Assembly (NCBI GenBank): GCA_051294375.1
Contig: CM119271.1
Location: 15,816,770-15,880,769 of the forward strand
Origin: Paraspadella gotoi
Taxonomy: Eukaryota; Animalia; Chaetognatha
Direction of reading: 5' to 3'
DNA length: 64,000 nucleotides
Shown in pieces: positions 12,819 through 26,300 of this stretch (position 1 is the stretch's first letter; every line of letters begins with the position of its first letter). The position numbers and the translations under genes were made by a program. The notes under the pieces are model-generated. The model saw nothing but the letters and a program-made list of their open reading frames with translations, was not told the origin of the DNA and ran no database searches.

Positions 12819-13178
12819 AGCGAAGCTGAAAAATTACCACAATTGACATCTTGAAAATACTATATATAAACTAATACTCTATATTACTACTTGCTTTCTC
12901 AAAAAACTAATCAGTAACCACGGTAACATTTTTCGCTGAGCTTTAAAAAAAAAAACAAAAAAAAACCCAGGTATTTTTACTCTAAATAACTAGTTACAAT
13001 CTACAAATTAATACTCCAAATTACAAATTATTAGTAGACTTTGTATTGAGACGGTCTTTCCCAAATAAAAATCAAATCGTTGTTTGTTAAGAAAACTTTT
13101 TTTTCTCTTTAAACTTATTAATAAAATACTACTCCCTTCTCTGAACTAAATCAACCCTATATAAAATATATATTGAAG

Positions 13179-13399
13179 AGACAGTAATTATTGATAAGTG
13201 TTAATGACAGAACCGTTCAATATAAGCAGTCCCTGAGCTTCGGATCAGGCTGTAACACCATGTTACAGGCGGGTTAAGCGCCCCGTCCCTTTTAACTGCC
13301 AGACGACCACCGGGCTAGAACCCCGGACCTTTGGGTTGGGAGGCGAATGACTTGCCTCCGGCACCAATGATGAACGGTTGGTGGATTTTAGTCCACCAT
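13179..13399 (-). mobile_element. tRNA-derived (Gly-like) interspersed element, copy 1
   Basis: Minus strand reads cattggtgccggaggcaagtcattcgcctcccaacccaaaggtccggggttctagcccggtggtcg (A/B-box-like, gcctCCCa loop). Near-identical to 29443-29663 and 57419-57646. Confidence 0.8.
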
Positions 13400-13428
13400 A
13401 ATATATAATATATATATGTAATCATTAC

Positions 13429-14057
13429 CCCTTTCGCTGAGCGCCCCGGTTCTCGTGATGTTCCCCAAACTCGTCCTCATCGACACGAAATCCATGGAAT
13501 TCTGATTTTTCTTCGAGGCGATGGAGGAGGACGAGCATTCGAAGCGGCGGAGCAGCGGCGGCGTCGTTTCCGGAAAGTCCAGCGGCGTCGGAGCGATATG
13601 GGGAGGCGGCGCGGTACCCGGGCGGGGCTCGTCGGGGCGGTAGTCGTCGAAGCCGTTCGTTTGTCCGCTCGTTCGTTCGTTTAATCGTATCCCGTTCGTT
13701 TGTTCCTTCGTTTCTTCGCAAATTCCGTCGCCAAAATCGCGAATCGCGAATTCGCGAATTCGAGTCGAAGGCTCATTTGTTTTCGTCGACGTTGTCATCG
13801 TCGTCGCCGTTGTCATCATGTCATCCTTCGTCGTCGTCGTCGTCGCCGTCGTCGTCATCTTTTCATTTCTCCGAATTTTCTCATCTTTTTTTCCGATTCG
13901 CAGGGAATTTCGACGCGGCGGAGGGACGACGGCCGGCGCGGCAGCGGCTGCGTCCGGATTTAGAGCGGCTGCTGCCGATGCTGCGGCTGAAGCGGCAGCT
14001 CTGATAGCCTGGGTTTCTGCGGGCGGATCGAGAGCAGGAAAAACTGGACGAAACCCG

Positions 14058-14088
<31 letters not shown>

Positions 14089-16789
14089 TTGAGGCTCCAA
14101 CTCTCGCGTCGACTCCGCGGAGGGAGACCGTCCGAGGCGGAATCAGCGGCGCCACTCGGTCGCGATGGCGGGGCGGCGCCGAAGCTGGCGGCGAGATTGA
14201 GGATTTGACGTCGGGGAGAGCTGCGGCTGAGGCGGCGACTGTGGCGGCGCCGACGTCATATTCCAAGAGAGTTCGCGTCGAGGTCACGCGGCGGGAACGG
14301 AGCTGGAGGAGATTAACTTAATGTAGAATAAATTTTATATTGTCCAATTTTGATTTTGATGTACAAAGTACAATGAACAATGTACGTATGATTCACTGAA
14401 ACGCTTTAAAAAAAATATGAGGTCTTGACATGCCAGTTGTATAAAGATAATGAGAGAGATAAAGAGAGATAGACAGAGAGAGAGAGAGGTTGATAGAAAG
14501 AAAGAGAGGGAGACAGAGATTGAGATAGAAAGATTGATTTAACAGTTGTCAAACAAATGTTTATCTTACAACGTGATCCAAATCAATAAAGCCCTTACTC
14601 AATCACTTACCTCCGGCGTCACTCCAAACTCCCGCTTAACGACGCTGACATCCGGCGCCGCGCCGAATTCGTGATAGAGGGAACGAGACTCCGCCTCGGG
14701 ACGGCGGCGCGGTGCCGACAAGCAGAGCGAATCTTGAGACGGGTAATCTTGAGACTGGCAAGCTCGGGACTGGCAAGCTTGATATTCTGCTTGGCGACCT
14801 TCGCGATGTCGAGCGAGAAAGTCTTCGGAGAGAGACGCGCGACTCGATCTGAAGTAAAGAAAAGTTTTTTTTTTGTTTTTTTTTATGGATTTACTGTAAA
14901 CAGTGATGTGCGTACTGTAATCTGTACCGTGTATAGGTGTATCAACAGAATGGGAAGAGTATCGGGGCGGCCTTGAGTATTTTTGATTTGTTGTTAAATT
15001 TTAAATACTGTAAACGGTTGTAGTAAAGTTCGAAAATATTTTTTTTTTTGAAAGAGTAATATTAATTTGGAACGGTATGATTAACTCTCTCAGATCGCTA
15101 TTAAAATTATTTTTACTTTACGATTGACATTACAAAAGGGGTAGCGCGTCAAATGGTCGCCGTAAAGTAAACAACCGCCTGAGTCCCAAAATTAAGAATT
15201 GGCCAGTTCAACTCAAAACTCTTTTATTTGATTTGGTTTCTTTATCTTATGTCTAATAATAAATCGAATAAAGTTCACGACCTCGGCTTTCGTGATACTC
15301 ATTTTAAGACTTATAGATTTATAGTAATTTTATCATGAAATTTTAATATATGAGTATGCATTGTAAATATTAATATATATATATCTATTTATATATATCA
15401 ATTAACTAATCGAAAATAATCATTTAACCAAACCCCTTTTCGAAATTGTTTCACCGTAAGGATCGTTCAACGAAAATACCAATACCAAATTCTGAGAGGG
15501 AGTGGTCCACTTATTGAATTGTAACAGTTAAAAAAATATTGTATCACTTCATTGATTGGGAAGATAAGTACTCTGAGAGTTAATATTCTACACTTTGAAA
15601 GAGTCTTGATTGAAAGCTTGCAGGGTCTTGCATTGTCAAAAATCAGGGTAAGATAGCTCGTTTTGTTAAATGAATGAATAATTTTTATATTGGTTTTTTC
15701 CACTTTCATTGACATATTTTTATATCGAACGTTGTTAAATAAATAAATAAAACACCATAATACCAATCCCGCTCCGCCGTTCAATTAAAACTTGAAAGAT
15801 TAAATTTAAAAAATTCAAATTGAAACCGTTTAACAATTGAAAATTGTGTATTGTTACATAGAAGGAGCGACAGAGTTTTTGAATCCGAGGGAGGAGAAAC
15901 TTTAAAGGAAAACTATAAACGCTTTCGCTTTTAAAATAGATACTGATAGTTGTAGTCGTCGTCATCATCATCATCATCATCATCATCATCGTCGTCGTCG
16001 TCGTCGTCAGCGGCCGACGCGATGTTACAATCGAGTAGTGTTACTCACTCGAAGAATTTTAAAAGCTGAGGGAGCGGAAAATTTTGAAAGAAAAATTGTG
16101 GGGTGAGGCTGGAAGTGAAAAAGATAACTTTAAATTAAGCTTTTATATAGATAGTTAAAAATAATACTCGTCTTTTGCTAAACTTTTAAGGCTCGGAAAA
16201 AAAATGAATGAGTAGGCGAAGACAATTTAATTAGAGGTACTCGCCATAATAAATAACAGGAATTTTTTTTGTTCAAATAACAGGTTTAACTGGAAAAAAC
16301 AAGAATTAACCATTTCATTGACTTCCTCCGTATTATGTTTTTTTGCGAATAATCGAATGATTATACAAGATGTATATAAAATAACTATCTCTTATGTACA
16401 TAATTTAATACCTAATAAAGTATTATCACTGGTTGTGTAATTTTTACCAGAATTAATTTGCAAAAAAAAAAGCGTTTGCTGATACACACTACTATTATAC
16501 CAAATATTAATCAAAATACCTCAATATAATATAAACTATATTAACTTTCAGGTCTATGATGGTATTTTTAAATGATCCCGAAACTGCACAAGTGACAAAT
16601 GTATGCACGTGAAGTACTTTGGAATATATAATTATCATAATAAGTACAATAGATTAATAGATATACGAAGGGATTGACCGAACGAAAAGTGACTCATAGT
16701 ATTGTTCCGCGGTGCAAATAAAAATACGTCGTGTGGCAGAAATGTGGCCGCTGAATCGTTTCTACTACGAAAAAATAGAAAGAGCAAGG

Positions 16790-16835
<46 letters not shown>

Positions 16836-19800
16836 AAGAAAGAAAGAGAGAGAGACAGAGAAAGACAGAGAAAGAGTGAGAGAGACAGAGAAAGAGTTAG
16901 AGAGAGAGAGAGAGAGAAAGAGTTAGAAAGAGAGAGGCAAGCAATTGAAGGACTGACTTTTTCTCTTTACTTTTTCCTCCCGCAACCAAATATCGTTATC
17001 TCTTAATTGTATTGTTCCGCAAAATAATGAGGGATTTTGGTCCAGGGGTTGATAAAAAACGAATTAGCCTCGAGAAAATGAATGTAAACAAAATTATGAA
17101 TAAATAAATGAATTAATGAAATAATAAATAAATGAATGGAAGAATGAATCATAGTTACCACTTTTGTTAATAATCAATTAAATCCCAAAACTTCTTTGAC
17201 ATTATTTTTTTTATACTTTTAAACTTCATGTTGATAAGTATTTATTTCGCAAATTAATATTTTAATATTTTTTAATACCAATGATATTTTTTTTCCTCCT
17301 TCTTTTTCTCATCGCACTTTTCTCAGTTAAATTCTGCGTCGCCAAAAATCTTCAAAAAGCTTTTGTTTAATTTAATCGATGATTTTATTTTAGGGAAACC
17401 CTCATATAAGCCTATGAAATTGGTTATATATTAGTCTATACTATTTAGTCTATATTATAGAGTGAGAGACAGACAGAGAAAGGTAAAAATAAAATCTTTT
17501 TAAATTAGCCTTCCTAAGTCGGGAGCGAGATGGCTTGCTTATTGCATGAATGAATAATTTTATATTGGCTTATACCAATTTTTTTGTACTGGAACCATGG
17601 CTGTGTCAAGACTAAAAAATAGATTACTTTTCCCCCGCATGTCAGGTCGATCGAAATTGGATGAAGAAGCTAAACAATTGAACGAAATTCGGAAATAATT
17701 GACAACAAGTAAAACAAAGAACGGTAATTCCAATGTGTTGAGCCGCAGTTACTTAATTTTCACATTCCGCGATTGCGACGATATTGTAACGCTTTTTGCG
17801 CATAAGTGCGTCGTCGTCGTTGTCGTCGTCGTCGTCGTCGGCGTTGTCGTCGGCGTTCCAAATTATAGATCGCCTTTTTTATGATTAAATTTGGGTGATG
17901 AAGCTGAAAATTTATATACAGTCTCATCATCGATGTGCTTAAAATTGGGTCAGGACAGTTATTAAATGTTTTTGTTACGTTTTATCAAAACAAACAAATT
18001 TCCTCTCTTTTATTTTTATGTTTCCTTCTCTCTCTCTTTTTCTCTTTTAAATATATGTAGCTCTCTCTCTCTCTTTCTTTCTTTTCCCCAGTGCTGATTC
18101 ATCGGGAAAAAAACGAATCTGCAGCTGGCTCTGCAGGGGCTTATTTCTTTTTCTCTCTTTTTTCCTGCTGCTTCTGCTGCTGCCTTCTGAGTCTGCAGCT
18201 GCTTTGCAGGTGCTCACTCTTTTCTCTTGCTGCTTCCGCTGCTGCCTTTTGATTTCTTTCTTTCTCTCTCTCTCTCTCTCTGCGATTTTATTAAAAAAAA
18301 ATTGATTAGGATTGAACTCGTAAAAAATTAGGCATCGCATTCGTGCATGTTATCATTTTGCTATCATAACATCGAGTATTTATTTCGTTTTTTTTTCTCA
18401 GGGACTGCGTCTGCTGATCAGTTTATTTTTTGACAATGAAAAAGTTTTTTTTTTCTTTTTTTTTCAGAAAATATAACTTTAATTTTCTTCTTTCTTCTTT
18501 ATTATTTTTTTTAATTGACAATCGCAAAAGAAAATTTTTTTTTCTGTTTATAATTTTTTTTTCTCAAATTTTTTTTCTCAAGGGCTGCATCTATTTATTT
18601 ATTTATTTGACAATAACAATTGACAATAACAAAAAAAAACTTTTTTTTTCCTTTTTTTTTCAGAAACTGTAACTTTAATTTTCCTCGGTACTTTATTATT
18701 TTTTTTTATAAATTAATTTTCTTTTCTTAAATTTTATTTTTTTTAGTATCAAAATTTGTCGTCAATCTAGATTTTTATTATGCGTTTGCGACGATCCTTA
18801 TGCTTTTAAGATTTTTCATGATAATTTTAGGAATTCCTAAAGGCGGCACTCGCAATCTCTTAGATTTGAGCAAATTATATGCATTTTTAACGTAAGTGGA
18901 ACAGACCGACGGACAGACCGACAGACCTACCAAAAAGTGACTTATAGAGTTGCTCCGCGAGTACTCGCGGCGCCCAACTAAAAAAAAAAACCCAAAAAAC
19001 TGTCCTCTTGCTCGTCTTTCTGTCTCTCTCTCCCACTCTCTTCAACTTTTCTTTTTATTCTTTATCCCTTCATCCTCTCTCTCTCTTCTCTCTCTCTCTC
19101 TCTCTCTCTCTCGATGATTAACTCATTTTCTTCACTTCTCTAAATCTCATAGTAAAACAAGTAATCTTGCAATTTTTCATATATTTTTCCTTTTAAATTA
19201 TTCAAACTCGAAAGGAGCATATGGAGGTAGAGATAGAGATAAAGAGAAATAGAAAAAAAGAAATAGATAATTGGGAGATATGACGGATTGACCAAACAAG
19301 CGAAAACAATTAATGGCATGTATTCGCAGTCAAATTGATTTTGGCTTGGATTTTTTAATCGATTTCCAAAACGTGAAGTACTCGCGAAGCAACTCTATAA
19401 GTCATTTTTCGGTCGGTATATCGGTCGGACGGTATGTCTGTCCATCGGTCTGTCCCACTTACGTTGAAAATGCACATAATTTGCCTATAGTTGCTCATTT
19501 GTTAAGACAGAACAAAATCTAAAATCTAAGGGACTGCTAGCGCCGCCTTCAGGAAATACTAAAACTATAAAAAATAAAAGACACAATTCCAATGCAGTGC
19601 GTGTCATAAAGTTAATGTAGTCATGTCGCGTCATGTCATGTCATGTCTAAAAAAATACACATTGGAATTACCGTTTTTGTTTTTCTCTCTTACTTAAGAA
19701 CTCCATTGCCCATCTGCCCAACCCCGCTCTCTTCTCAGTCCTCACCTTCTGCTCCACGATTTTCTCCTCGGCATCGGCACCGGCCCGTCTCCCCAATCCA

Positions 19801-20371
19801 TCCTCCCGTTTACGGCGTCCAACGTCCCGCGTTCCAGCCCGCCCAGTTCCGTTTTCTCTTCGTCCATTTTCGTTTCGTTGCGACGAAAATCCGACCAAAA
19901 ATCTTTCGTTTTTTCGACGAATTTTTGACTCCAAAAATCGTCGTGGTCGTCGTCGCCGTTCGTCGCCGTTCTCGTGGTCGTCGTCCTAGGCCGGGCTAGG
20001 TCGATCCGCCCGCCGTGAGCGTTAATCGTTTTAATTCCATTAATCGCGACGACGACGGTTTTATTATCGTCGTCGTCGTCGTTGTTTTCGACGACATTTC
20101 GAGTTTCTCTTCCGCTCGAATCGATCTTCAAGTTTCGACGATCGAACGATCCAGTCTCCACGTCCACCGACGACCGGCGTCGGGGAACAGAAGGCTGCGT
20201 CGGCTCCTGTCGCGTCTGATACGTCGACGGCTGCCGCGTCTCTTGCCACGTCGGCGGCGCCGGCGCCGGACGCTTCGCCCGCGGACGCCAGGAGACTGTC
20301 GGTCCGTGGGCGCAAGTGCATCGACACCAATCTCCTTCGCTCGGCATCGTCGACTGTTGGGGCGAGCGCAT
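13429..20371 (-). CDS. Putative low-complexity coding exons (13429-14302, 14611-14848, ~19746-20371), possibly the 5' part of the Rab gene
   Basis: GC/CpG-rich open stretches bounded by good AG/GT sites. 14611-14848 splices in frame to 13429-14302, but I could not close the phase links to the 19.7-kb exon or to the Rab exon. No recognisable domain. Confidence 0.4.
18821..18985 (+). mobile_element. DINE-1/HINE-like element, 3' half
   Basis: ttttaggaattcct.aaggcggc...aagtg.gacagaccgac...gacttatagagttgctccgcgagtactcgcggcgcccaac, with terminal palindrome ccgcgagtactcgcgg. Confidence 0.7.
19377..19684 (-). mobile_element. DINE-1/HINE-like element, near-full copy
   Basis: Reverse complement aligns by eye end to end with 9755-10100. 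Short 3' fragments also occur near 11272-11348, 16675-16722 and 38224-38290. Confidence 0.72.
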
Positions 20372-21588
20372 TCGGTTCTTTGTAGTTTTTTTTTTTGGTA
20401 TTGTTTTATTTTGGTTTTAATGATTAATTTTAATTGTTTATTTATTATTCTTGTATTGTCAGTTTTATTAGTAGTTAAGCCGAAATATAGATTGTCTTTG
20501 ATGCTTGTGTTTGAGAAAACTTTAAACAACTTATGATATTAGTCCAGCGTGTTTGTATTGTATGTTTTAATTTTTTGTTTTGTTTTTATTTTATTCAGAT
20601 GTTTAATATCTATTGTTTAATGCTGTTTTATTGTCATTCCATTTGAATTTTAATGGATTGTCTTTGTTGCTAGTGTAGTGGTTTAGAAATCGACTTAAAT
20701 TGTTACTTTATCATCTCGGTGTTTGCCTTTATTTGGTTTTAAATCGTTTTTGTTAAGTTTTGTATTATAAATACCTCGCTCTATTGGATTTTTTGTATTT
20801 AGAAAGAATCTCATTAAACCTTGATTGTTGCTCTCTGCGTAATAAGCAATCAAAGCAGCTTTCAAACAGCAAAACAGTCGTTTGTACTAAACCGCGTGGT
20901 GCTTATTGTTGAATGTCCGTCGTAAAAGTTAAATACAAGACGATTTTGATTACGAAATACGAAACGATCCCTTATTTCACGTTGAGAAGCGAAATTTAAC
21001 TTTTTTACAAAATTCTTTTTTCTTTAAAATCGATTACTTTCTCATTTTATTCGAAAAAAAAAACAAAAAAAAACACGGAAGCGTTGAATTAAACCGAAGC
21101 TCAAAAAAGTCAGCCGCCCCCGCGCGGGCCCGCGTCGCTCGCCGCATTTCGCCCGGTCGGTCAGTGTCTTAATTATCAAGAGATCAGGATTGCCGACTTT
21201 TTGTCTTCGATATTGTATTTGTAATCTTTACTTAAATTTTAACCGGCGACGATTTTGACGAAATCAAGAATCTCTACGGATGATTGGTCCGTCGATCCAA
21301 AACTCTTCCTTCTCTTAATCGATTTCACGTCTCGGGGCCAACAACATCACCATCATACTTTACCATTCTCCTCTCTCGCAACATCATCACGGTCCGTTTA
21401 TTATCAGTTCATTCACTATGATAAAAGAATTACATACTATAAAAGATTATTTTAATAAAGAAAAAGCATAAACCGGCATTTTCAAAGTTTCAAAGTTTTT
21501 AGGATACGTATGTACATCAAGGAACTTACGGTTGATAACCCTTTTTTGAAGTATTAACTAAAATAACCGAACTATACCGACTCTCTTC

Positions 21589-21619
21589 TCACGTGACCGC
21601 TTTTTTTGTGGTCACGTGA
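21589..21619. promoter_or_regulatory. Paired TCACGTGA E-boxes (USF/MiT-TFE CLEAR-type) in the divergent intergenic region
   Basis: tcacgtgacc-gctttttttgt-ggtcacgtga, an inverted pair ~1.7 kb upstream of the spinster ATG. Confidence 0.5.
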
Positions 21620-23344
21620 TTTATTACTATGAAACTTATGTAGTAATGTATGTATGTATGTAATATGTATGTATATAAAACCTCCACTCTGCTTCTTTCT
21701 AATAACAACTGCATTTAAACTTTAGTCTAGATCTTCATCCCTGAAACACAGTCACCTGACGATCATCATCGTCATTATTTTCATCATCATCGTCATCATC
21801 TTCACCATCGTCCATGTGAAAAATGGTTTTGCATCATTTCATCCTTCTCTTTTTCTGATAGTGTTATCTGTTATAGAGGGCAACGAGGGCTTTTCAATTT
21901 CTTACAACTGTTTGTCCGAATAACCTTTGCGCAATTATGATGATTTGTACTAGACCCTAACTAATGATAAGTGATATTAAACTAAAATAAAATTAAGGAC
22001 GATCATACTCTCCGCTCATCGAATTTGATTTGAGAGTCGATTCTCTGACTCGGTCCAGAAAACGATAAAAAAGAAGAAAAAAGAAAAAACTAATGGATTT
22101 CGATCGAAAATCAGACATAGCAAAGTATTAGGCTAAATCCCAGAAACGGGAAAAGACTTTACAGCGAAGTTGAAAAGCTGACGAGAGTTATTGAAAAATT
22201 GTTAATGTTTCAGCTCTGAGTTTCAAGCGCAGACGATGTTGATTTAAATGAAGATAGGTAAGGATGTCTGTCGAGACTAGCTGCGTCCTGCTATGATATT
22301 CTCTCGTAAGAGGGATATAGACCTTAACCCACCATAGCCCGTCCTAAATCAGGGGCAACATAACTTATCTTTTTAAATGAATGGATAATTTTTTATATTG
22401 GTTGTAACTATTTCATAGTGGAAACAAAATGCTATTGAGTTTTCTACGACATGGTATGTTGGTTCCTGACGTTATCGACTTTATAAGCGAAATTTGTCAT
22501 GACCGTTTATGTTTTTCTACGTTAAATATTCACTTATAAATTCGATATTCTTTTAAAAACGATAATTAAATTCAAGGGCACAAAACCCAATTTCCCTTTT
22601 GTTTTTTCTTTTCCCGCCAGGATCCGCTACTTATCCTCTTCCTCTTCCTCCTCCGCCAAATCGCTGTTCATTTGTTCGAAAAAAGATTATGGTCGCCTTC
22701 GACGCTTTTATTTTTGCTTTTTTCTGCTTTTTTTTGCTTCTTTTCGCGGGATAAATAATGCTGTTTGTAGGCTAGCTTTTTCTTTATGTTTGACACTATA
22801 GTTTGAAAATTCTTTTGGAGTTAAATGTTGATTATATGATTATTAATTATTACGATATCGATGGCGTCCGTCGCGATCAATTTTAGGTCAACATCGGGGG
22901 CGTCATCGCGTCATCGCGTGACTGTGGCTGATTCACCACCGAAATCATTGTTGCTATTTCGTTGATTAATAGTTGCAGTGTATCAGTTCTGGTACGAGAA
23001 AGCTGAAGATACTTTCGGTCAAGTCAAATTATCATTTTTATAATTTATATGCCTCACCGACCCCGTTAATATTTCAATTTATTTTTAAAATTTTTTTATG
23101 ACAAAGTGGTCAATTTTTTTTTTAGATGTGGTTGATCATGTAAGCCGATATTGATCTTTCAACCGTAACCGCAAAAAAAAATGTAAACTTATTGAACTAA
23201 AGGCGACAAATAACATTCTTAGTCGTCGCGTCTCGCTCCACGCGTTTGTCGACGATGAGCGATCAGCCACTTGACAAACGTCTACTCCTAATTGAAATAC
23301 ATTGACCGCATCTTCGTCGAGTCTTCCGTCCGGCGTTCGAAGTT

Positions 23345-26300
23345 ATGGCCGACGAATCACCGACGAGTGATTCCCCGGCTCTACCCAGGATGGAGACACT
23401 TCCGTCGTCGTCGCCGGCGACGACGCCGCCGCCGCCGTCACCGCCCAGCGTCAGTCAGATGTCTAGGCATAAGGTGCGTGTCACTAATCATTAAGAAATA
23501 GTACATTTAAATGAGTTACATGCGTATTGCATCGTTAGAATAGTATTATTCGTTTTATAGCTTGTTGTTAAAACTATATGGCTGACCTGAAAGATCGCCA
23601 GAAATTAAATACAACATTAGATTAAGAAGTTCATACACTTACTTTACAAATTTTCTCTCGCTCCATTGGCGATTCTTTGCGCTAAACTAAAGAGATCGAT
23701 TCCCTCGGAAAACTCGGATGAAATGGAAGTTGAGACTTTTCAATTGAGTTTTTACTTTTCGGGGACGAAGAAGAAAAAGTCTTATGGCAGCGTCACAACA
23801 CGAGGACACGGGGGCGAAGGGTTGGAAACGGTGGAGGACAGGATTCTGTCAAAGGTCTGTTTCTTGATGTACGCCCGGCTTCAGACGTACATCCGGTGCC
23901 AAGACGTACATTATTCCTGAAGACGTACATACTCTTCAAGACGTAATGCCTCTTTGAGGCGAGTGTTCTGGGATCTTCTGGTATTACTTTTTATTGAAAG
24001 GATAAATTGATTGCGCTGTCGAGAAATGCACGTTCGAACCACGCTTAGTAAGGTTACAAACCAACATTGCTGAGGTGAGCGGAGTTTACAGTTTACACTG
24101 AATCTGACGCAAGCAGTTTCGCTGCTTCTAAGACAGCAGAGACTTTTGATAGATAATTTAGATTAATATGAAATTGGTACAACCAATATAAAATTACTCA
24201 TTCTTTCAGGCGATAGTATATCAACCAATTGCAACCTTCCATCTTGGCAGAAGTATTCTTTTTCTTTTCACTCGCATCATTTTCTCAAACGTAGTTAATT
24301 CATTTAATAAAAAAAGGCAACGAGGTCATCTTCTTCCTCCCCCCACCCCCGCCCTTCTGAAGGCCCTGATCGTAGGCCTCCTCGTGTTCATCAACCTGAT
24401 CAACTACATGGATCGCTTCACCGTCTCCGCGGTTCTCGAGAAGATCATCAAGTTCTACGACATCGACGACACGAAGGGCGGGATGCTCTCCACCTCCTTC
24501 ATTCTCTCCTTTATGGTGCTGGCGCCAATCTTTGGATATCTCGGAGATCGGTACTGCAATCGCCTAACTTATATCAATTATTTATTTATATATCTCGCTC
24601 TAAATTGATATTCTAATTATTAATGTTTATTTAAATTATAAACCAAAAATCCCTATTACTTAAACAGATACAACCGTCTCCTTATCATGACGTTCGGGAT
24701 CCTCTTTTGGTCGGCCACGACTTTCTCCGGCTCCTTCGTTCCCTCTGATTACTTTTGGATCTTCGGCGTCCTTCGCGCTTTGGTGGGCGTCGGCGAAGCC
24801 TCCTACTCCACCATCGCTCCCACCATCATAGCAGACCTCTTCACCGGCCGCTGGCGGACGGCAATGTTGACGGTCCGTCCAATTAAGGGGGTCATACTAA
24901 AGTGTTAAGGGGGTCATAGTAAAGTGTTTTTAGTTGATTTCATCCCTTCATAAAATGTTCTATCTTTTAGATCTTCTATTTCGCCATTCCGGCCGGCGCC
25001 GGACTGGGCTTCATCGCCGCCGGGTTCGTTGAGCAGGCGACGGGGCGATGGCAGGACGTGCTGCGGATCACTCCAGCATTGGGAGTGCTCAGCGTCTTGC
25101 TGCTGTGGGTGGTCTTGCGGCGGGACCCGCCGCGCGGAGCCGCCGAGGGTGCGACGGGTCTGAGGCCCACGACTTGGTTCTCAGATATTTACTTCATCGT
25201 GAGAAACAAGTCCTTCATGTCGAGTTGCTTGGGCTACACGGCTCAGTGCTTTATCGTCGGAGCCGTGTCGTTTTGGTAAGTGAAAAGATATAATGAGTGA
25301 AGCGGGCAAGTTATTACAATTTGATCATTTTCCTCTTCTCAGGTTCCCTACCTTCGTCGCACGCAGCTACGAACTCCGAGGCGAGACGGCGCCCAACACT
25401 TTGATCGCCAAGATCTTCGGCATCATAACGGCGATGTCGGGCATCGTGGGCGTCGTCTCCGGGACTTCCATCGCCAACAAGTGGAAGGCCCGCGTTGGCT
25501 GCAACAAGCCCGACGCCTGGGTCAGCGCCATCGGCCTATTGGGCAGTTCGCCTTTGCTCTTCCTCACACTGGTCTTCGCTCAGTACGACACCAACGTCAC
25601 TTGGGTGAGTTTAATGGGAATTAATCATCTAATTGCTAAATATTGAATATATAAATTATATATATATTTCTAAACTCTGTCTTCGCCCCATCAGGTTTTG
25701 GTTTTTATGGGCGAAGTTCTTCTTTGCCTCGATTGGGCGATCGTCACTGATATTTCTCTGTACGTGACGGTCCCGAACAGACGGTCCACCACGCAAGCCT
25801 TTCAAATACTCACCAGGTGAGTCATGGACACAGTAAAATGTAAATTGGTATAATAATATAAAAAATATATAAAATGTCAAAATATGAGACAGTAAGAAAG
25901 CGCAAAATAAAATATTCACTTTGAAAAATTGTGGTTGATCCACAAAATCTTTTGAGTCCGTAATCCACTTTAAAATGAGACCCTCTTTGGCACCACAAGT
26001 CTGGAGTTATTAAGCCTTCAAGTCTTACTAGACTTTAAACCCGGAAATTATTTTAACCCTTAAGTCCTATGAGACTTTTAACCATCTAAGTCTTTTAAGA
26101 CTTTTAGTTTGGGACTTAAACGTTTTCAGTCTCTCCTGGACTTGAACGTTTTTTTAAGAACCTTTTCCAGCCGGACATAGTTTTCCCTTACACACCAGAG
26201 GGTCTCAACAGACTCTCCCAGAAGTCTGCAGTGCTCCTCCTTATATAATATATAGCCACCTTTTGGATCATGTGATCTGCCCTTGGGTCCAGCTTTTGCA

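Noticed and set aside
23865-23950. Short agacgtacat tandem units in spinster intron 1 (similar degenerate repeats at 26000-26150)
   Set aside because: Ordinary decayed minisatellites with no link to junctions or known elements.
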